A DNA stretch of 43,589 bases from the NCBI GenBank assembly GCA_964448115.1, contig CAYUVA010000040.1, forward strand, positions 1 through 43,589, read 5' to 3'. The position numbers and the translations under genes were made by a program. Shown here piece by piece: positions 8,922 through 18,829 of the stretch; within the stretch, counting starts at the first letter, position 1; every line of letters starts with the position of its first letter. Below the pieces are notes generated by a model. It was not told the origin of the DNA and ran no database searches. It saw only the letters and a list, made by a program, of their open reading frames with translations. Origin of the DNA: an uncultured bacterium. Lineage in GTDB: Bacteria; CAYUVA01.

Positions 8922-9823
8922 TGAGCACTTGGCTGAAAAGAAGAAATCATAATATGAATGGCTTCACCTTGATCGAGTTGATCATCGCCTTTTCTATCGT
9001 CGCGCTTATATCGCTTGTTATCTTAAGCGGTCTTCAGGTGGGGAGCCGGGCATGGGAGGTCGGCGAGTCGCGCATCGAGCTGTCTCAGCGGGTGCGCATC
9101 ATCACCGAGATCGTCTCCACCGAGCTTCAGTCAGCCTTTCCCTACTACTTCAAGGACGAGGATTACAAGAAAAAGCTACAATTCTGCCTTGCCGAGGATC
9201 GGATCGATTTCGTGTCCAGCGCAGAAAGCCTGCTTGTCAAGGAGTGGGGCATGAGCATGGGCTTGAGGGAGGTCTCCATCTATGTTGAGGACTCGACCAC
9301 CTCTGACTATCAAGGATTGGTCATGAGGGAAGCGCCGCTGGGGAGCGAGCACCCTTTCGATCCCGATCGCGGACGAATATTCGAGCTTGACAGGTGGGTT
9401 ACAGAGGTATTCTTCGAGCTTATACCGATCTATAACAGCGAAACCGGCGAGATATTTAAGGCTGGTGATGTTGAATGGTGTTATCCAGAGGAGGAAGAGC
9501 TGATCGATCGCTCCTTTGTTTTCGACTTCGGATTGCCAGAGCAAGATGCGCGCAAGCTTCAGAAGATGTGGGGAGAGAAGCTACCTATGGCTGTAGAAAT
9601 GACCTTGACCTTTATCGATGAGACACAGAGCGATCCCGTGAAAATAACACTTCCACCGTTTTATTTTCCATTCTGGAATACAAGAGTTCTCGAATACCCT
9701 AAAGAAAAGGGTGAGGGAGAACAAGTAACCACTACCACCACTACCCAACCACAGGCTCCTTCCCGCCCCACTCGCGGGCGCCAAGGGGGGAGAAGCAAAG
9801 GGAAACTTCCTTTCAATAGATAG
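8921..9823 (+). CDS. gspJ: Minor pseudopilin GspJ-like
   Basis: G|FTLIELIIAF prepilin motif; LPMAVEMTL near the C-terminus; TGATG overlap with the gspI stop. Confidence 0.8.
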   Translation: MSTWLKRRNHNMNGFTLIELIIAFSIVALISLVILSGLQVGSRAWEVGESRIELSQRVRIITEIVSTELQSAFPYYFKDEDYKKKLQFCLAEDRIDFVSSAESLLVKEWGMSMGLREVSIYVEDSTTSDYQGLVMREAPLGSEHPFDPDRGRIFELDRWVTEVFFELIPIYNSETGEIFKAGDVEWCYPEEEELIDRSFVFDFGLPEQDARKLQKMWGEKLPMAVEMTLTFIDETQSDPVKITLPPFYFPFWNTRVLEYPKEKGEGEQVTTTTTTQPQAPSRPTRGRQGGRSKGKLPFNR

Positions 9824-9824
9824 G

Positions 9825-11006
9825 ATGATACAAAGAGATAAGAAATTAGTTCGCATATATTTTGCGCTTAAAAGCGTTGTCTCCTCGCACCGCGGGGTCG
9901 CTCTTCTAATGACCCTCTGGGTAGTGGTTCTTCTGGGGCTCGTCGCCTCGGAGTTCGCCTATACTATGCGAATGGAGCTGCGCATCACCTCGAACTACAA
10001 GGAGGAAGCCGAGGCATACTACCTGGCAATGGCTGGAGTGAACGCTGCTTTGGCAGAGATAATGGCAGTCTCCAAGGCGGTATATAAGGACAGCAGTGGA
10101 AAGGTCGCTTTTTTGGGACAGAGACAAGGGGTCATCGGAATGGGGGAGGATGCGGGAGCTGTATTGCCACCAGCGCCGAATCGGGAGAATATTTCACTCG
10201 GCAATGGAGCATTTGATTATGTAATTGAGGACGAGGATGGAAAGCTGGATCTCAACTGGCTCACCGAGGAGAGAAATATAGGGCATTTCAAAAAACTGCT
10301 CCGCGAATCAGGGATAACCGACATGGATACAATTAACACGATTACCGATTCAGCCTTGGATTGGCGTGATGATGAGAAGGGGCACAGGCTTAATGGCGCC
10401 GAGGATGAATGGTACATGAAAAACTACCAGGAGCAGGGCTTTACCGAGCCTTATCTCTGCAAGGACGGTCCTTTTGACACTGTTGAGGAGCTTCTGATGG
10501 TGCGGGGCATGACTCCGGAGATACTTTATGGCGGAAGGATGCCCGAGAAGCTGGCAGCCAAGCGCTCACTGTGGGAAAAGAAGCGCCAGGGAGAAGAAGC
10601 GCCTTCATACAAGGGGATCTATCCCTACCTGACGGTTTACAATACGAGCGGAAGGATAAATCTCTATACCTGTGATGACTTCATAATCAAGGTGCTTACC
10701 GCAACTGAGGATGACTACAACAGGCTGATCGAGCTTCGTAATAGCGGAGCGCTAAAGCGTAATATAGGTGGAATTTTCACTTCTATATCACAAGATTTCA
10801 CTATATTTGCGACCGGGTATCTAAGCGGTGGGCTTCCCCGTCGCACAATAAAAGCTGTTGTAACAAACAGGTTAGATCGCAGGAATAACAAGGATGCGGT
10901 CAAGTTCAGATACTGGCAAGACAATGCCAAGGAACCCAAGCAAGGAAAGGGTACTGATAATGTATATAAGCCAGACGAGTTTAGCCATACAACTACAGGA
11001 CGATGA
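9825..11006 (+). CDS. gspK: Minor pseudopilin GspK
   Basis: RG|VALLMTLW (no Glu at +5, typical of GspK); DEDGKLDLN, LDWRD, GAEDEWY, GPFDTVEELLMVRGM, GRINL. Confidence 0.9.
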   Translation: MIQRDKKLVRIYFALKSVVSSHRGVALLMTLWVVVLLGLVASEFAYTMRMELRITSNYKEEAEAYYLAMAGVNAALAEIMAVSKAVYKDSSGKVAFLGQRQGVIGMGEDAGAVLPPAPNRENISLGNGAFDYVIEDEDGKLDLNWLTEERNIGHFKKLLRESGITDMDTINTITDSALDWRDDEKGHRLNGAEDEWYMKNYQEQGFTEPYLCKDGPFDTVEELLMVRGMTPEILYGGRMPEKLAAKRSLWEKKRQGEEAPSYKGIYPYLTVYNTSGRINLYTCDDFIIKVLTATEDDYNRLIELRNSGALKRNIGGIFTSISQDFTIFATGYLSGGLPRRTIKAVVTNRLDRRNNKDAVKFRYWQDNAKEPKQGKGTDNVYKPDEFSHTTTGR

Positions 11007-12864
11007 GCTTCAGCTTCTTCTTTTAGGTAAGGGGCTAAAGGAGATGCAGGTTCTCGGGGCAAGGCGCCTTGAGTTAACCATGCCAAAGGAACCCTCATCC
11101 CAGGAGTACGAAGATACCTTGCGTTTGCACATACGGGAATTTGTAAGCAGCGCTAAAAAGAAGCCTGACCAGGTTGTATTGGGGCTTTCCAGGCGCTATG
11201 TACATTACAGGATCATCGAGATCCCAAAGGTGGCAGACGAGGAGATCGCCAATGTGCTTGAATTCGAGGCGCCAAGGCACTTCCCTTTCCCGGCAGAGGA
11301 AGCATACTACAGCCACCTGAAGCTCGATTCGAGGACAGCTAATATGCTGCGCATCCTCCTGGTTGCGGTAAAAAGAGGCTATCTAGACCCGTTGCTCAGA
11401 GCCTTGAAACAGTTAAACCTCTATCCTGGAATAGTAGATTTCTCCTCCCTGTCGCTGGTGAATGCATATTATCACCTGTACAACCAAAAGCATGATAAAT
11501 CAGTAGCTTTAGTCAACATTGACCGAGGCATTACTGATATAGCCATACTGGGCGGTCATGAGTTTGTATTCAGCAGAGCCATTCCTACTGACCAGTTGTG
11601 GCATAAACAATCGACCTCCAAGCCTGCCACAGGTGAGTTCTCTATCGATCCGGATGCTCTGGTTCAGGAGCTGAATACCATCTTCAGGGCAGCTAGATTG
11701 GATAAAGAGGAGTCAGTTGATGAGATAGTCCTGACCGGCATGTTCGCGGATGACAAAACCACCAAGGACAAGATTTTCGAGGCTATACGAATAAATACGG
11801 TCGGCAGAGCGACCAGCGAATTAGTAAAAGTGGAATCATCCGAGTACACAAGGCAGGTCGATGATTATGGATTCATTCCCGTTGGTTTGGCTTTAAGAGG
11901 CTTCCGACAACATCTGCTTAATATCAATCTCCTACCTCCCTCGCTAAGGATCACAAAGAAAAACTACAGCCTGATAGCTACCATCCTCCTATCCTCGCTT
12001 TTGGTTGCCTTGGCTGTTCTTCTCATAGTCGGTGCATTCTATAAACAAGGTCTTATATTAGGGTATTACGAAAAGGAGATCGCTAGGATCCTACCCAAGG
12101 TTAGGGAAGTTCAAGAACTAAGCGGACGATCAAGGGCACTGAATCAGGCAATTGACACCTTTGCCGGATTGCAGCAGAGCATAACCCCCCGCCTGGACAT
12201 CCTGGCTGCCTTGAGCGATATCATCCCCAAGCCGGTGTGGCTTAACGAGCTGCGGGTTGATGGGAACAAGCTGACCATCGTCGGCGAGGCTCAAGCACCG
12301 GAGACGCTGGTGGAGAAGCTCGAGGAACATCCATTGTTTCAGAAGGTGAAGATGGGAAGGGTGGAGAGAAGCAGGTTTACTATAGAGATGGAGGTTATCA
12401 ACGCTCGATATATTCCTTCACCTGAGACCTCCAAGCTGAAGAAGCCTCCCCAAAGCAAGATGTTATCTGATATTCCCCCGCCTGAACAGAAGGGATCTCC
12501 TAATGTGGATAGCTCAAGCGAGGATCAGGCTCCTGTCTCCCAACCGGAAGCATCGACCAGCCCAGTAGAGGCATCGCAGGTCCCGATGAGACCGCCCGAA
12601 GCACCATCGACTAGACCGATCGATGCCCAACAAGAACAAGCCAGCGAGGAACCTTATCCCGACTCTGAGGTTAGATCCAAACAAGAAGCTAGGGAAACTG
12701 GACAAAAAGATGCCACCAATCAAGAGGAGGCAAAGAGACAACAGGACCTGATAAACATATTGCGATCCTTTGCTGATAGGAAAAATCAGCAAAAGCAAGG
12801 GGAACAGGGTACCGAGGAAGGACCGAAGATATACGGCTTCGATGAGCAAGAACAGAGCGAATAG
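10960..12864 (+). CDS. GspL-like (PilM actin-like + TM + PilN-like) assembly platform protein with long low-complexity tail
   Basis: FEAPRHFPF, LLVAVK, IVLTG, VGLALRG, INLLP, then a TM helix, then VWLNELRV...GEA. Start set at the ATG at 10960 after an AGGAAAGG RBS-like sequence. Confidence 0.8.
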   Translation: MYISQTSLAIQLQDDELQLLLLGKGLKEMQVLGARRLELTMPKEPSSQEYEDTLRLHIREFVSSAKKKPDQVVLGLSRRYVHYRIIEIPKVADEEIANVLEFEAPRHFPFPAEEAYYSHLKLDSRTANMLRILLVAVKRGYLDPLLRALKQLNLYPGIVDFSSLSLVNAYYHLYNQKHDKSVALVNIDRGITDIAILGGHEFVFSRAIPTDQLWHKQSTSKPATGEFSIDPDALVQELNTIFRAARLDKEESVDEIVLTGMFADDKTTKDKIFEAIRINTVGRATSELVKVESSEYTRQVDDYGFIPVGLALRGFRQHLLNINLLPPSLRITKKNYSLIATILLSSLLVALAVLLIVGAFYKQGLILGYYEKEIARILPKVREVQELSGRSRALNQAIDTFAGLQQSITPRLDILAALSDIIPKPVWLNELRVDGNKLTIVGEAQAPETLVEKLEEHPLFQKVKMGRVERSRFTIEMEVINARYIPSPETSKLKKPPQSKMLSDIPPPEQKGSPNVDSSSEDQAPVSQPEASTSPVEASQVPMRPPEAPSTRPIDAQQEQASEEPYPDSEVRSKQEARETGQKDATNQEEAKRQQDLINILRSFADRKNQQKQGEQGTEEGPKIYGFDEQEQSE

Positions 12865-12876
12865 CTACGAAATGAT

Positions 12877-13491
12877 ATGAAGGAGTTGTTTGAAAAGCTA
12901 TCCGATAGGGATAAACGGATCATACTGATTGGAGCTGTTGCTGTTGGTCTCTATGTTCTCTATCAATTCGTAATCGTGGGGTTGCTTGATCTTTATCACC
13001 AGAGAGAGGCTCGCATAATGTCCCAAAGAAAGCTGCTAGATAAATACATACAGGCAGCTAACCGAGAGCAAGACCTTCACACCCGGGTAACAAAGCAGCA
13101 ATCGTTGAAAAAACAGATAGAAAGCCTGCTGCTTCCCAGCGATACACCGGCGCTGGCGGTTGCAGATCTGCAAAAGATCCTTCGTGAGATAGCCAAAAAA
13201 CAGCACCTTGATATCAAGAGTATCACGCCTAAAAATAGCAGGGATATAGGGGATCTCTTTACCGCCATTACCGTCGCTTTTCCACTTACCGGTACCATGA
13301 GTCAAATAAAAGAGTTCATTTATAAGATTGAGAATAACTCGTATTACATGGAGATTCCTAGCTTGAGGATACGAAGCGGAAACCCAAGAGAGAAATACAA
13401 GGATGTGGTTGTAGATCTTGAGGTTACCGCTTTTGTGGCAAATAAAACTAAAACAGAAAAAGAGGATAGAAACAAGGAGGGATCGAAATGA
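12877..13491 (+). CDS. GspM/PilO-like inner-membrane protein
   Basis: KLSDRDKRIILIG, then a TM helix, a coiled coil and a ferredoxin-like segment (GTMSQIKEFIYKIE); position after gspL. Confidence 0.8.
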   Translation: MKELFEKLSDRDKRIILIGAVAVGLYVLYQFVIVGLLDLYHQREARIMSQRKLLDKYIQAANREQDLHTRVTKQQSLKKQIESLLLPSDTPALAVADLQKILREIAKKQHLDIKSITPKNSRDIGDLFTAITVAFPLTGTMSQIKEFIYKIENNSYYMEIPSLRIRSGNPREKYKDVVVDLEVTAFVANKTKTEKEDRNKEGSK

Positions 13492-13543
13492 TCCCTTTTG
13501 GTAGCCTGGATAATTCCCCGATGACCATGGCAAGGATAACACC

Positions 13544-14380
13544 ATGTTAAATAAATATCTGCTCATAAACATCATCGTGTTGAGCATGGTTTGCTTTATA
13601 GGTTACAAGCTCTACTCTATCATGTCATTACCGGTCAACTTCGGCGATCTGGTCATGCCCTTGCAACAGCAAAAAGACCAGGCAAAGAGGGATTTACCCG
13701 TTCTCAAGGATAGACCACCTGTATTTACCCGTTATGCGAGCGTCAGCGATAAGAATCTATTTCGCCCCCAGCGCGAGGAATACAAGCCGCCGACCCCGAC
13801 CCCGGCTCCCACCGAGGCGCCGCAGAAAAGGAAGATTGAGCTTAAAGGATTGGAGTTGTACGGCGTGGTTATTGCCGGTCCCAGTAAGAGAGCGCTCATC
13901 TCAGAGCAGAGCATAGAAAAGGGTAAACCGCTGCCCTATAAGGAACAGGATAAGCTAGCTGGCTTCACCATCTCTCGTATTTTCAATGACAAGGTGATCC
14001 TCACCATGGAGGGGCAGGAGGATGTTACCTTGCTGCTCAGGGATAGGTCCAAGAGACGCTCCTACTCGTCGAAAGCACAACAGCCGCCTACGACTGCTCA
14101 CCCTCCGAGGCGATCCTTCCCGTCCAATATTAGGACCCGTGAGGATATGGCGGAATCTGCTCTCCCATTTTTGCTTCGCCAGGCTCACCAGCAGGCGATG
14201 GAACAAGGGAAGGAACAGGAACCGGCTGAGCCACCTCCGCTGCCACCGTTCCTTATGGGCTTGACACAACAGGCTGAGGAATACGAAGAAGCACGAGAAG
14301 GACCGGAAGATGAGAGCGAGGAGGAGTATAAAAAGAGAATGGAAGAGCTGCGTGATAAATATAAAAGGAGAAGAAGATAG
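13544..14380 (+). CDS. GspC-like protein (TM + HR domain, no PDZ, acidic/helical tail)
   Basis: N-terminal TM; KNLFRP; HR-like LELYGVVI...ALI...GFTISRIFNDKVIL; directly upstream of the secretin. Confidence 0.7.
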   Translation: MLNKYLLINIIVLSMVCFIGYKLYSIMSLPVNFGDLVMPLQQQKDQAKRDLPVLKDRPPVFTRYASVSDKNLFRPQREEYKPPTPTPAPTEAPQKRKIELKGLELYGVVIAGPSKRALISEQSIEKGKPLPYKEQDKLAGFTISRIFNDKVILTMEGQEDVTLLLRDRSKRRSYSSKAQQPPTTAHPPRRSFPSNIRTREDMAESALPFLLRQAHQQAMEQGKEQEPAEPPPLPPFLMGLTQQAEEYEEAREGPEDESEEEYKKRMEELRDKYKRRRR

Positions 14381-14461
14381 GGTGATAGGTTACCTGGAAA
14401 ATAAAACAATAAAAATAGAACAATTCATTCCCCACCAAGGAAAATCCCAGGAGATATATCG

Positions 14462-17170
14462 ATGAGGATGCATCAAGCCAAGAGCTTATCGATCGCCATT
14501 TTAATTATGCTTGTAATCATCGGTTGTACATCAGGGCACCGCTATGTAAAGGTCGCTGGTCATCAAGAGGCAGCAGATAATACGATAAAAAGCACACAAT
14601 ACAGGCTTCCCCAAGCTGTGGAATCTCAAAATGGAGAAGACCCGGCTTTACCCCAGGAGGTAACCGTAGCCGCTGCAACCTTTGGAAAGGACTACCAGAG
14701 CGTACAGGATATGTTTCGAGACAGAGCGGATTATACCACCCCGGTCGATGATGCGGATCTTAATGAAACACAGACATCCAAATCGACCGAAATAAGCCCA
14801 GATGAGACAGATCGTGTTACTCCTTCAGATGCAAAAGAAAAAACAGAGGCAGATGATGAACCCTCCAAGGAACCAGCCGAGTCAAAGCAGCCACCAAAGG
14901 CGATGCAACCAACGGTGAAATCCAGGAAACGAGAACCTAATGTCCCCAAGGGGAGCAAAGGGATCAAGTTTTCCAACATCCCGGTGAAGGATGTGATAGA
15001 GAAATTCAACGAGATTTTGGGTGAAGATTACCAGCTTTCCGATGAGGTGGATGCGCAAAGGCTCATAGAATGGGAGTATAAATCGAACAGGGAACTCGTT
15101 TTAGAGGACTATAAGAAGCTCTTCGAGAGGTTCCTTGAGGATAATAACTACCAGGTGCGCAGCGAGGAGGGGATAGGTAAAATATATTATGCATTTGCCC
15201 TCAATTTCGAGAATGCGGATCTTAGCCTTGTAATTCAGACACTTAGCGAGCTAATCGGCTTGGACTATATCCTGCATCCCGGCGTCGGTGCCGGCAAGAG
15301 GATAAACATGCAGACCTGGAACAAGAAGATCCTGACCAAGAAAGAGCTTACCGACCTTCTCTATACGTTGCTGGAGCTTAATAATGCCACCATGATAAAG
15401 TCCGGTGAATACTGGAAGATCATCCCCATGAGCGAGGTAAAGTCCCGCCCCTTGGATGTGCGCATCCCCCAACAGATCCTTGACGAATACGAGTTACAGC
15501 AAAAGCTGAGAGACTCTGAGCAACTGCCAGATAGCGATCAGATGGTAATGCAGGTTATTCCTTTGCAATATATATCGACTGCGCAGGCTACCCAGTTCAT
15601 TCGCCCATTGCTATCAAATAACTCTTCGGTGATATCGAGCAACGACACCAACCTGTTAATCATCATCGAGGTCGCCTCCAACCTGAACAAGATCCTTAAA
15701 GTGCTGGAGCTTCTAGATGTTGATCTTGGAGTAACCGACTTTGTGCTCATTCCCATCCAATATGCTGATGCATCTGATATCGCCAATGTGCTCAACCAGA
15801 TCTTCAGGGCACGAACCACGACGGTAACCATCCCTTCACGCACTACTTCAAGGACATCGAGGTATCGAAGCAGAAGGGCGCCTGCTACAACGACCACCAC
15901 GAGCGGCTCCGAGGTGATCATCATTCCGGATAAGCGTTCCAACTCGTTGATCATATTCGCCTCCAAGCGGGATATCGAATTTGCCAAGCAGATCATCTCC
16001 ATGCTCGATGTCGATATTTACGCCACGCGCAAGACATATATCTACTATTGCGAGAACGCCAAGGCAGAGGATTTGGCAAAGATCTTAAGCCAGGTCTATG
16101 GAAAAGGAGGTAGGGGAGAGGGACAAAAATCACCTGTCTTTCGTGGAAGGCAACCACAACCAGGAGCTAAACAAGGAGAGGCTGCTGGCGAAGAGGTGGA
16201 GGGCGAGATCACCATCGTTCCCGATGAAAGGACAAACTCACTGATAATTGTCGCCAGTCCCACAGATTACGACATCCTGCTTGGTACGCTTAAGAAGCTG
16301 GACATTCAATCCAAGCAAGTATTGCTCGACATACTATATGCGGAGATCAAGCTGGACAAATCCAACCAGTTCGGAGTTCGCTGGGAATTATTAAGCCAGG
16401 GCAAACTGACCGTTGGCAACACTACCTATTACTTTGATGATGTGATGAACCAGGACTTCAGCGCGGTGCCCAAGTACGGCGAGGTCGGCTCCGGCTTCAC
16501 GCTCAACCTGTTCGAGGCTTCCCGCTTCAGGGCTATCCTCAATACCATCTCGGCTGATAACAAGCTAAAGGTGCTTAGCAATCCATATCTTCTAGCCTCC
16601 AATAACACCGAGTCAAAGATAGAGATAGGAGACCAAGTGCCTATAATAGTGGGCGAGACTACTACCGGCTCCATAACCGTCCAACCAGGAACGAACCAAC
16701 CTAGCCAAACCTTTACCCAGAACGTGCAGTACAGGGATACTGGGATTATCCTGACCATCACGCCGCATATCAACGAGAACCGCTTCGTAACCCTGGAGAT
16801 ACAGCAGGAGATCTCCGAGGTAACCCAGGAGCAGTTCGGCGGCACCAGAAATCCTGCGATCCAAAAGCGTAATATCAATACTACCGTGGTGGTAAAGGAT
16901 GCCATGAGCCTTATCCTAGGAGGGCTTATCAGAACCAAGAAAAGCACCAGTAAATCAGGACTGCCCCTATTATCGGATATCCCGCTGCTCGGTCCCCTTT
17001 TCAGCAGCCTGACAAGGCGCAACGAGACCGTTGAGCTTCTGATGGTCATAACACCACGAGTCATCGGGGATCCGCAGGAGGCGATCATGGCTACCGATAT
17101 GATCTGGGACAATGCGATAAGTATAAAGAGATACTACAAGGATAACAGGGATAGATTCCTTCAACATTAA
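14462..17170 (+). CDS. gspD: Type II secretion secretin GspD, probable lipoprotein
   Basis: LNFENADL N0 domain; PDKRSNSLII and PDERTNSLII N-domains; LDIQSKQV, IGDQVPI, QYRDTGIILTITPHIN, LILGGLI, SGLPLLSDIPLLGPLF, ELLMVITPRVI; lipobox IIG|C. Confidence 0.95.
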   Translation: MRMHQAKSLSIAILIMLVIIGCTSGHRYVKVAGHQEAADNTIKSTQYRLPQAVESQNGEDPALPQEVTVAAATFGKDYQSVQDMFRDRADYTTPVDDADLNETQTSKSTEISPDETDRVTPSDAKEKTEADDEPSKEPAESKQPPKAMQPTVKSRKREPNVPKGSKGIKFSNIPVKDVIEKFNEILGEDYQLSDEVDAQRLIEWEYKSNRELVLEDYKKLFERFLEDNNYQVRSEEGIGKIYYAFALNFENADLSLVIQTLSELIGLDYILHPGVGAGKRINMQTWNKKILTKKELTDLLYTLLELNNATMIKSGEYWKIIPMSEVKSRPLDVRIPQQILDEYELQQKLRDSEQLPDSDQMVMQVIPLQYISTAQATQFIRPLLSNNSSVISSNDTNLLIIIEVASNLNKILKVLELLDVDLGVTDFVLIPIQYADASDIANVLNQIFRARTTTVTIPSRTTSRTSRYRSRRAPATTTTTSGSEVIIIPDKRSNSLIIFASKRDIEFAKQIISMLDVDIYATRKTYIYYCENAKAEDLAKILSQVYGKGGRGEGQKSPVFRGRQPQPGAKQGEAAGEEVEGEITIVPDERTNSLIIVASPTDYDILLGTLKKLDIQSKQVLLDILYAEIKLDKSNQFGVRWELLSQGKLTVGNTTYYFDDVMNQDFSAVPKYGEVGSGFTLNLFEASRFRAILNTISADNKLKVLSNPYLLASNNTESKIEIGDQVPIIVGETTTGSITVQPGTNQPSQTFTQNVQYRDTGIILTITPHINENRFVTLEIQQEISEVTQEQFGGTRNPAIQKRNINTTVVVKDAMSLILGGLIRTKKSTSKSGLPLLSDIPLLGPLFSSLTRRNETVELLMVITPRVIGDPQEAIMATDMIWDNAISIKRYYKDNRDRFLQH

Positions 17171-17194
17171 AAAACCAAAGGGAGGCGTGATCCC

Positions 17195-18739
17195 ATGAGA
17201 ATAAAGAGACTGGAAATAGCACTTTTACTGATACCTGCAATAGCGATGCTGCTTATAGTCAAGGCTTGCGATAAGCCGGACCCAACCAGCCCGGCATCGC
17301 AGAATAGGCTGCAACTTACGGTTACCGATGAGGAGATCCCGGCTGACAACAGCACAACCACAACCATCAAGGCTATGGTATATACACCATCGGGAAATCC
17401 TGCCGACGGCTGGCCTATAGCCTTCTCCACAAATCTAGGCACCTTTACCTCCGCATCCAGCTCAACATCAAAGGGGAGCGCAGAGGCGATGCTCAAGGCT
17501 GGTTATGATCCCGGCATAGCTACCATAACAGTAAAAACAGAGGACCTAGAGAATTCATGCCAGGTTGTCATTTATTCCCTGGATACAGACACGATAGATC
17601 TTCACGCCTCGCCTTCGAGGCTTCCGGTAACAGATGATTATGCTCAAGGCTCGACCATAACTGCTACATTATTTGATAGCCACGGGTATCTAATCAAGAA
17701 CCAGAAGGTTTACTTCCAGACCACATGGGGTGTCTTAAGCGCCGGAAATGCTGTAACCGACGACAAAGGGCAAGCATCGGCTATTCTGATAAGCCCATTA
17801 GTGGGAACCGCTACCGTAAGAGCCTGGGCTGAGGTCCCCGGGGGAAAGATAGAAGCCCAGATCAGAGTCGAGTTCACCGACGAGTTCGAGATGTTTCTAT
17901 CTGCCACAAAGGACTTGATCCTCTCCGATGGCGTTGATTACTCCACCATCACCGCCTGGGTTAGAAGGTTAGGAACAAATGATCCGATCCCTGATGGCAT
18001 TATTATCAATTTCATGGTGCAAAGCGGACCTGGCGAGCTGAGCGAGAGCGAGGTTAGATCCGCAGGGGGAAGCGCTTCAACCATGCTTACAGCGGAATAC
18101 TTCGGAGACACGGTAGTTACTGCCTGGGCTGGAAGCCATCCATCTGGGCGAAAGAGCATCACCATCAAGTCAACCCAGGTCGCTGAGGTCTATTTCTTGG
18201 GCAACGGAACTATCTATGCACAGGGATACAGCCATGGTCCCTACGAGACCGAGTTTGCCCTTAGAGTCAAGGACTATAACGGCATGGGGCTGCCGGGGAT
18301 CTGGGTCGATTTCGAGGTGGTAAACCTGGCGCCGGATGCTGTTTTTACCATAAATAATAGCTCTTGCCAGTGGAGCTGCCAGCACATAACCGACTGGGAT
18401 GGATTTATCTGGGGCTATTGTCGATCAGGGAACCAACAGGGATCCATCTCAATAACCGCGCATACCATGGAAGAGGGGATAAAGACCAGCTTCATGATAA
18501 ATATCCTCGGCGAGAATACCCCCACCAACACGCCAGAGCCTTCTGCTACATTCACCCCGACCCCAACAGGATTCTTCCAGACGCCTACTCCGACCAACAC
18601 TCCTTCACCATATTACACGAGCACACGAACACCTACACCAGTAGAGACCGCGACCAACACCCCGACCAGCCCGGCAACCCCGACACCGACCGGTGAAGCA
18701 ACCGCAACCCCGACCCCAACCTGGTGGTTCCCTTCTTAA
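17195..18739 (+). CDS. Invasin/intimin-type Ig-like (Big_1-like) repeat surface protein, possible lipoprotein, Pro/Thr tail
   Basis: GGGAGG RBS; hydrophobic N-terminus ending KA|C; 3-4 repeats such as IPADNSTTTTIKAMV...TNLGTF, STITATL...TWGVL...TDDKGQASA, SDGVDYSTITAWV; C-terminal PT repeats ending WWFPS. Confidence 0.75.
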   Translation: MRIKRLEIALLLIPAIAMLLIVKACDKPDPTSPASQNRLQLTVTDEEIPADNSTTTTIKAMVYTPSGNPADGWPIAFSTNLGTFTSASSSTSKGSAEAMLKAGYDPGIATITVKTEDLENSCQVVIYSLDTDTIDLHASPSRLPVTDDYAQGSTITATLFDSHGYLIKNQKVYFQTTWGVLSAGNAVTDDKGQASAILISPLVGTATVRAWAEVPGGKIEAQIRVEFTDEFEMFLSATKDLILSDGVDYSTITAWVRRLGTNDPIPDGIIINFMVQSGPGELSESEVRSAGGSASTMLTAEYFGDTVVTAWAGSHPSGRKSITIKSTQVAEVYFLGNGTIYAQGYSHGPYETEFALRVKDYNGMGLPGIWVDFEVVNLAPDAVFTINNSSCQWSCQHITDWDGFIWGYCRSGNQQGSISITAHTMEEGIKTSFMINILGENTPTNTPEPSATFTPTPTGFFQTPTPTNTPSPYYTSTRTPTPVETATNTPTSPATPTPTGEATATPTPTWWFPS

Positions 18740-18829
18740 AGGTGAGTTTGAATTAAGTTATTATCAATCGAAACTCGAAAATAAATTTTTTCTTAAGAAG
18801 ATAGAAAATTAGTCAATCTAAAGAGTCGA

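Noticed and set aside
14393-14450. CCTGG...CCAGG inverted repeat with A-rich repeats before gspD
   Set aside because: The stem is too short to support a terminator or regulatory call.
15538-17112. Long antisense ORFs inside gspD (and similar ones within gspE, the ABC genes and 38339-38989)
   Set aside because: They are fully nested opposite well-supported genes and carry no recognisable motifs.
4378-17170. Type IV pilus rather than T2SS
   Set aside because: A GspK homolog, the GspG DPWG motif, the E-F-G-H-I-J-K-L-M-C-D order and the absence of PilT favour a T2SS.
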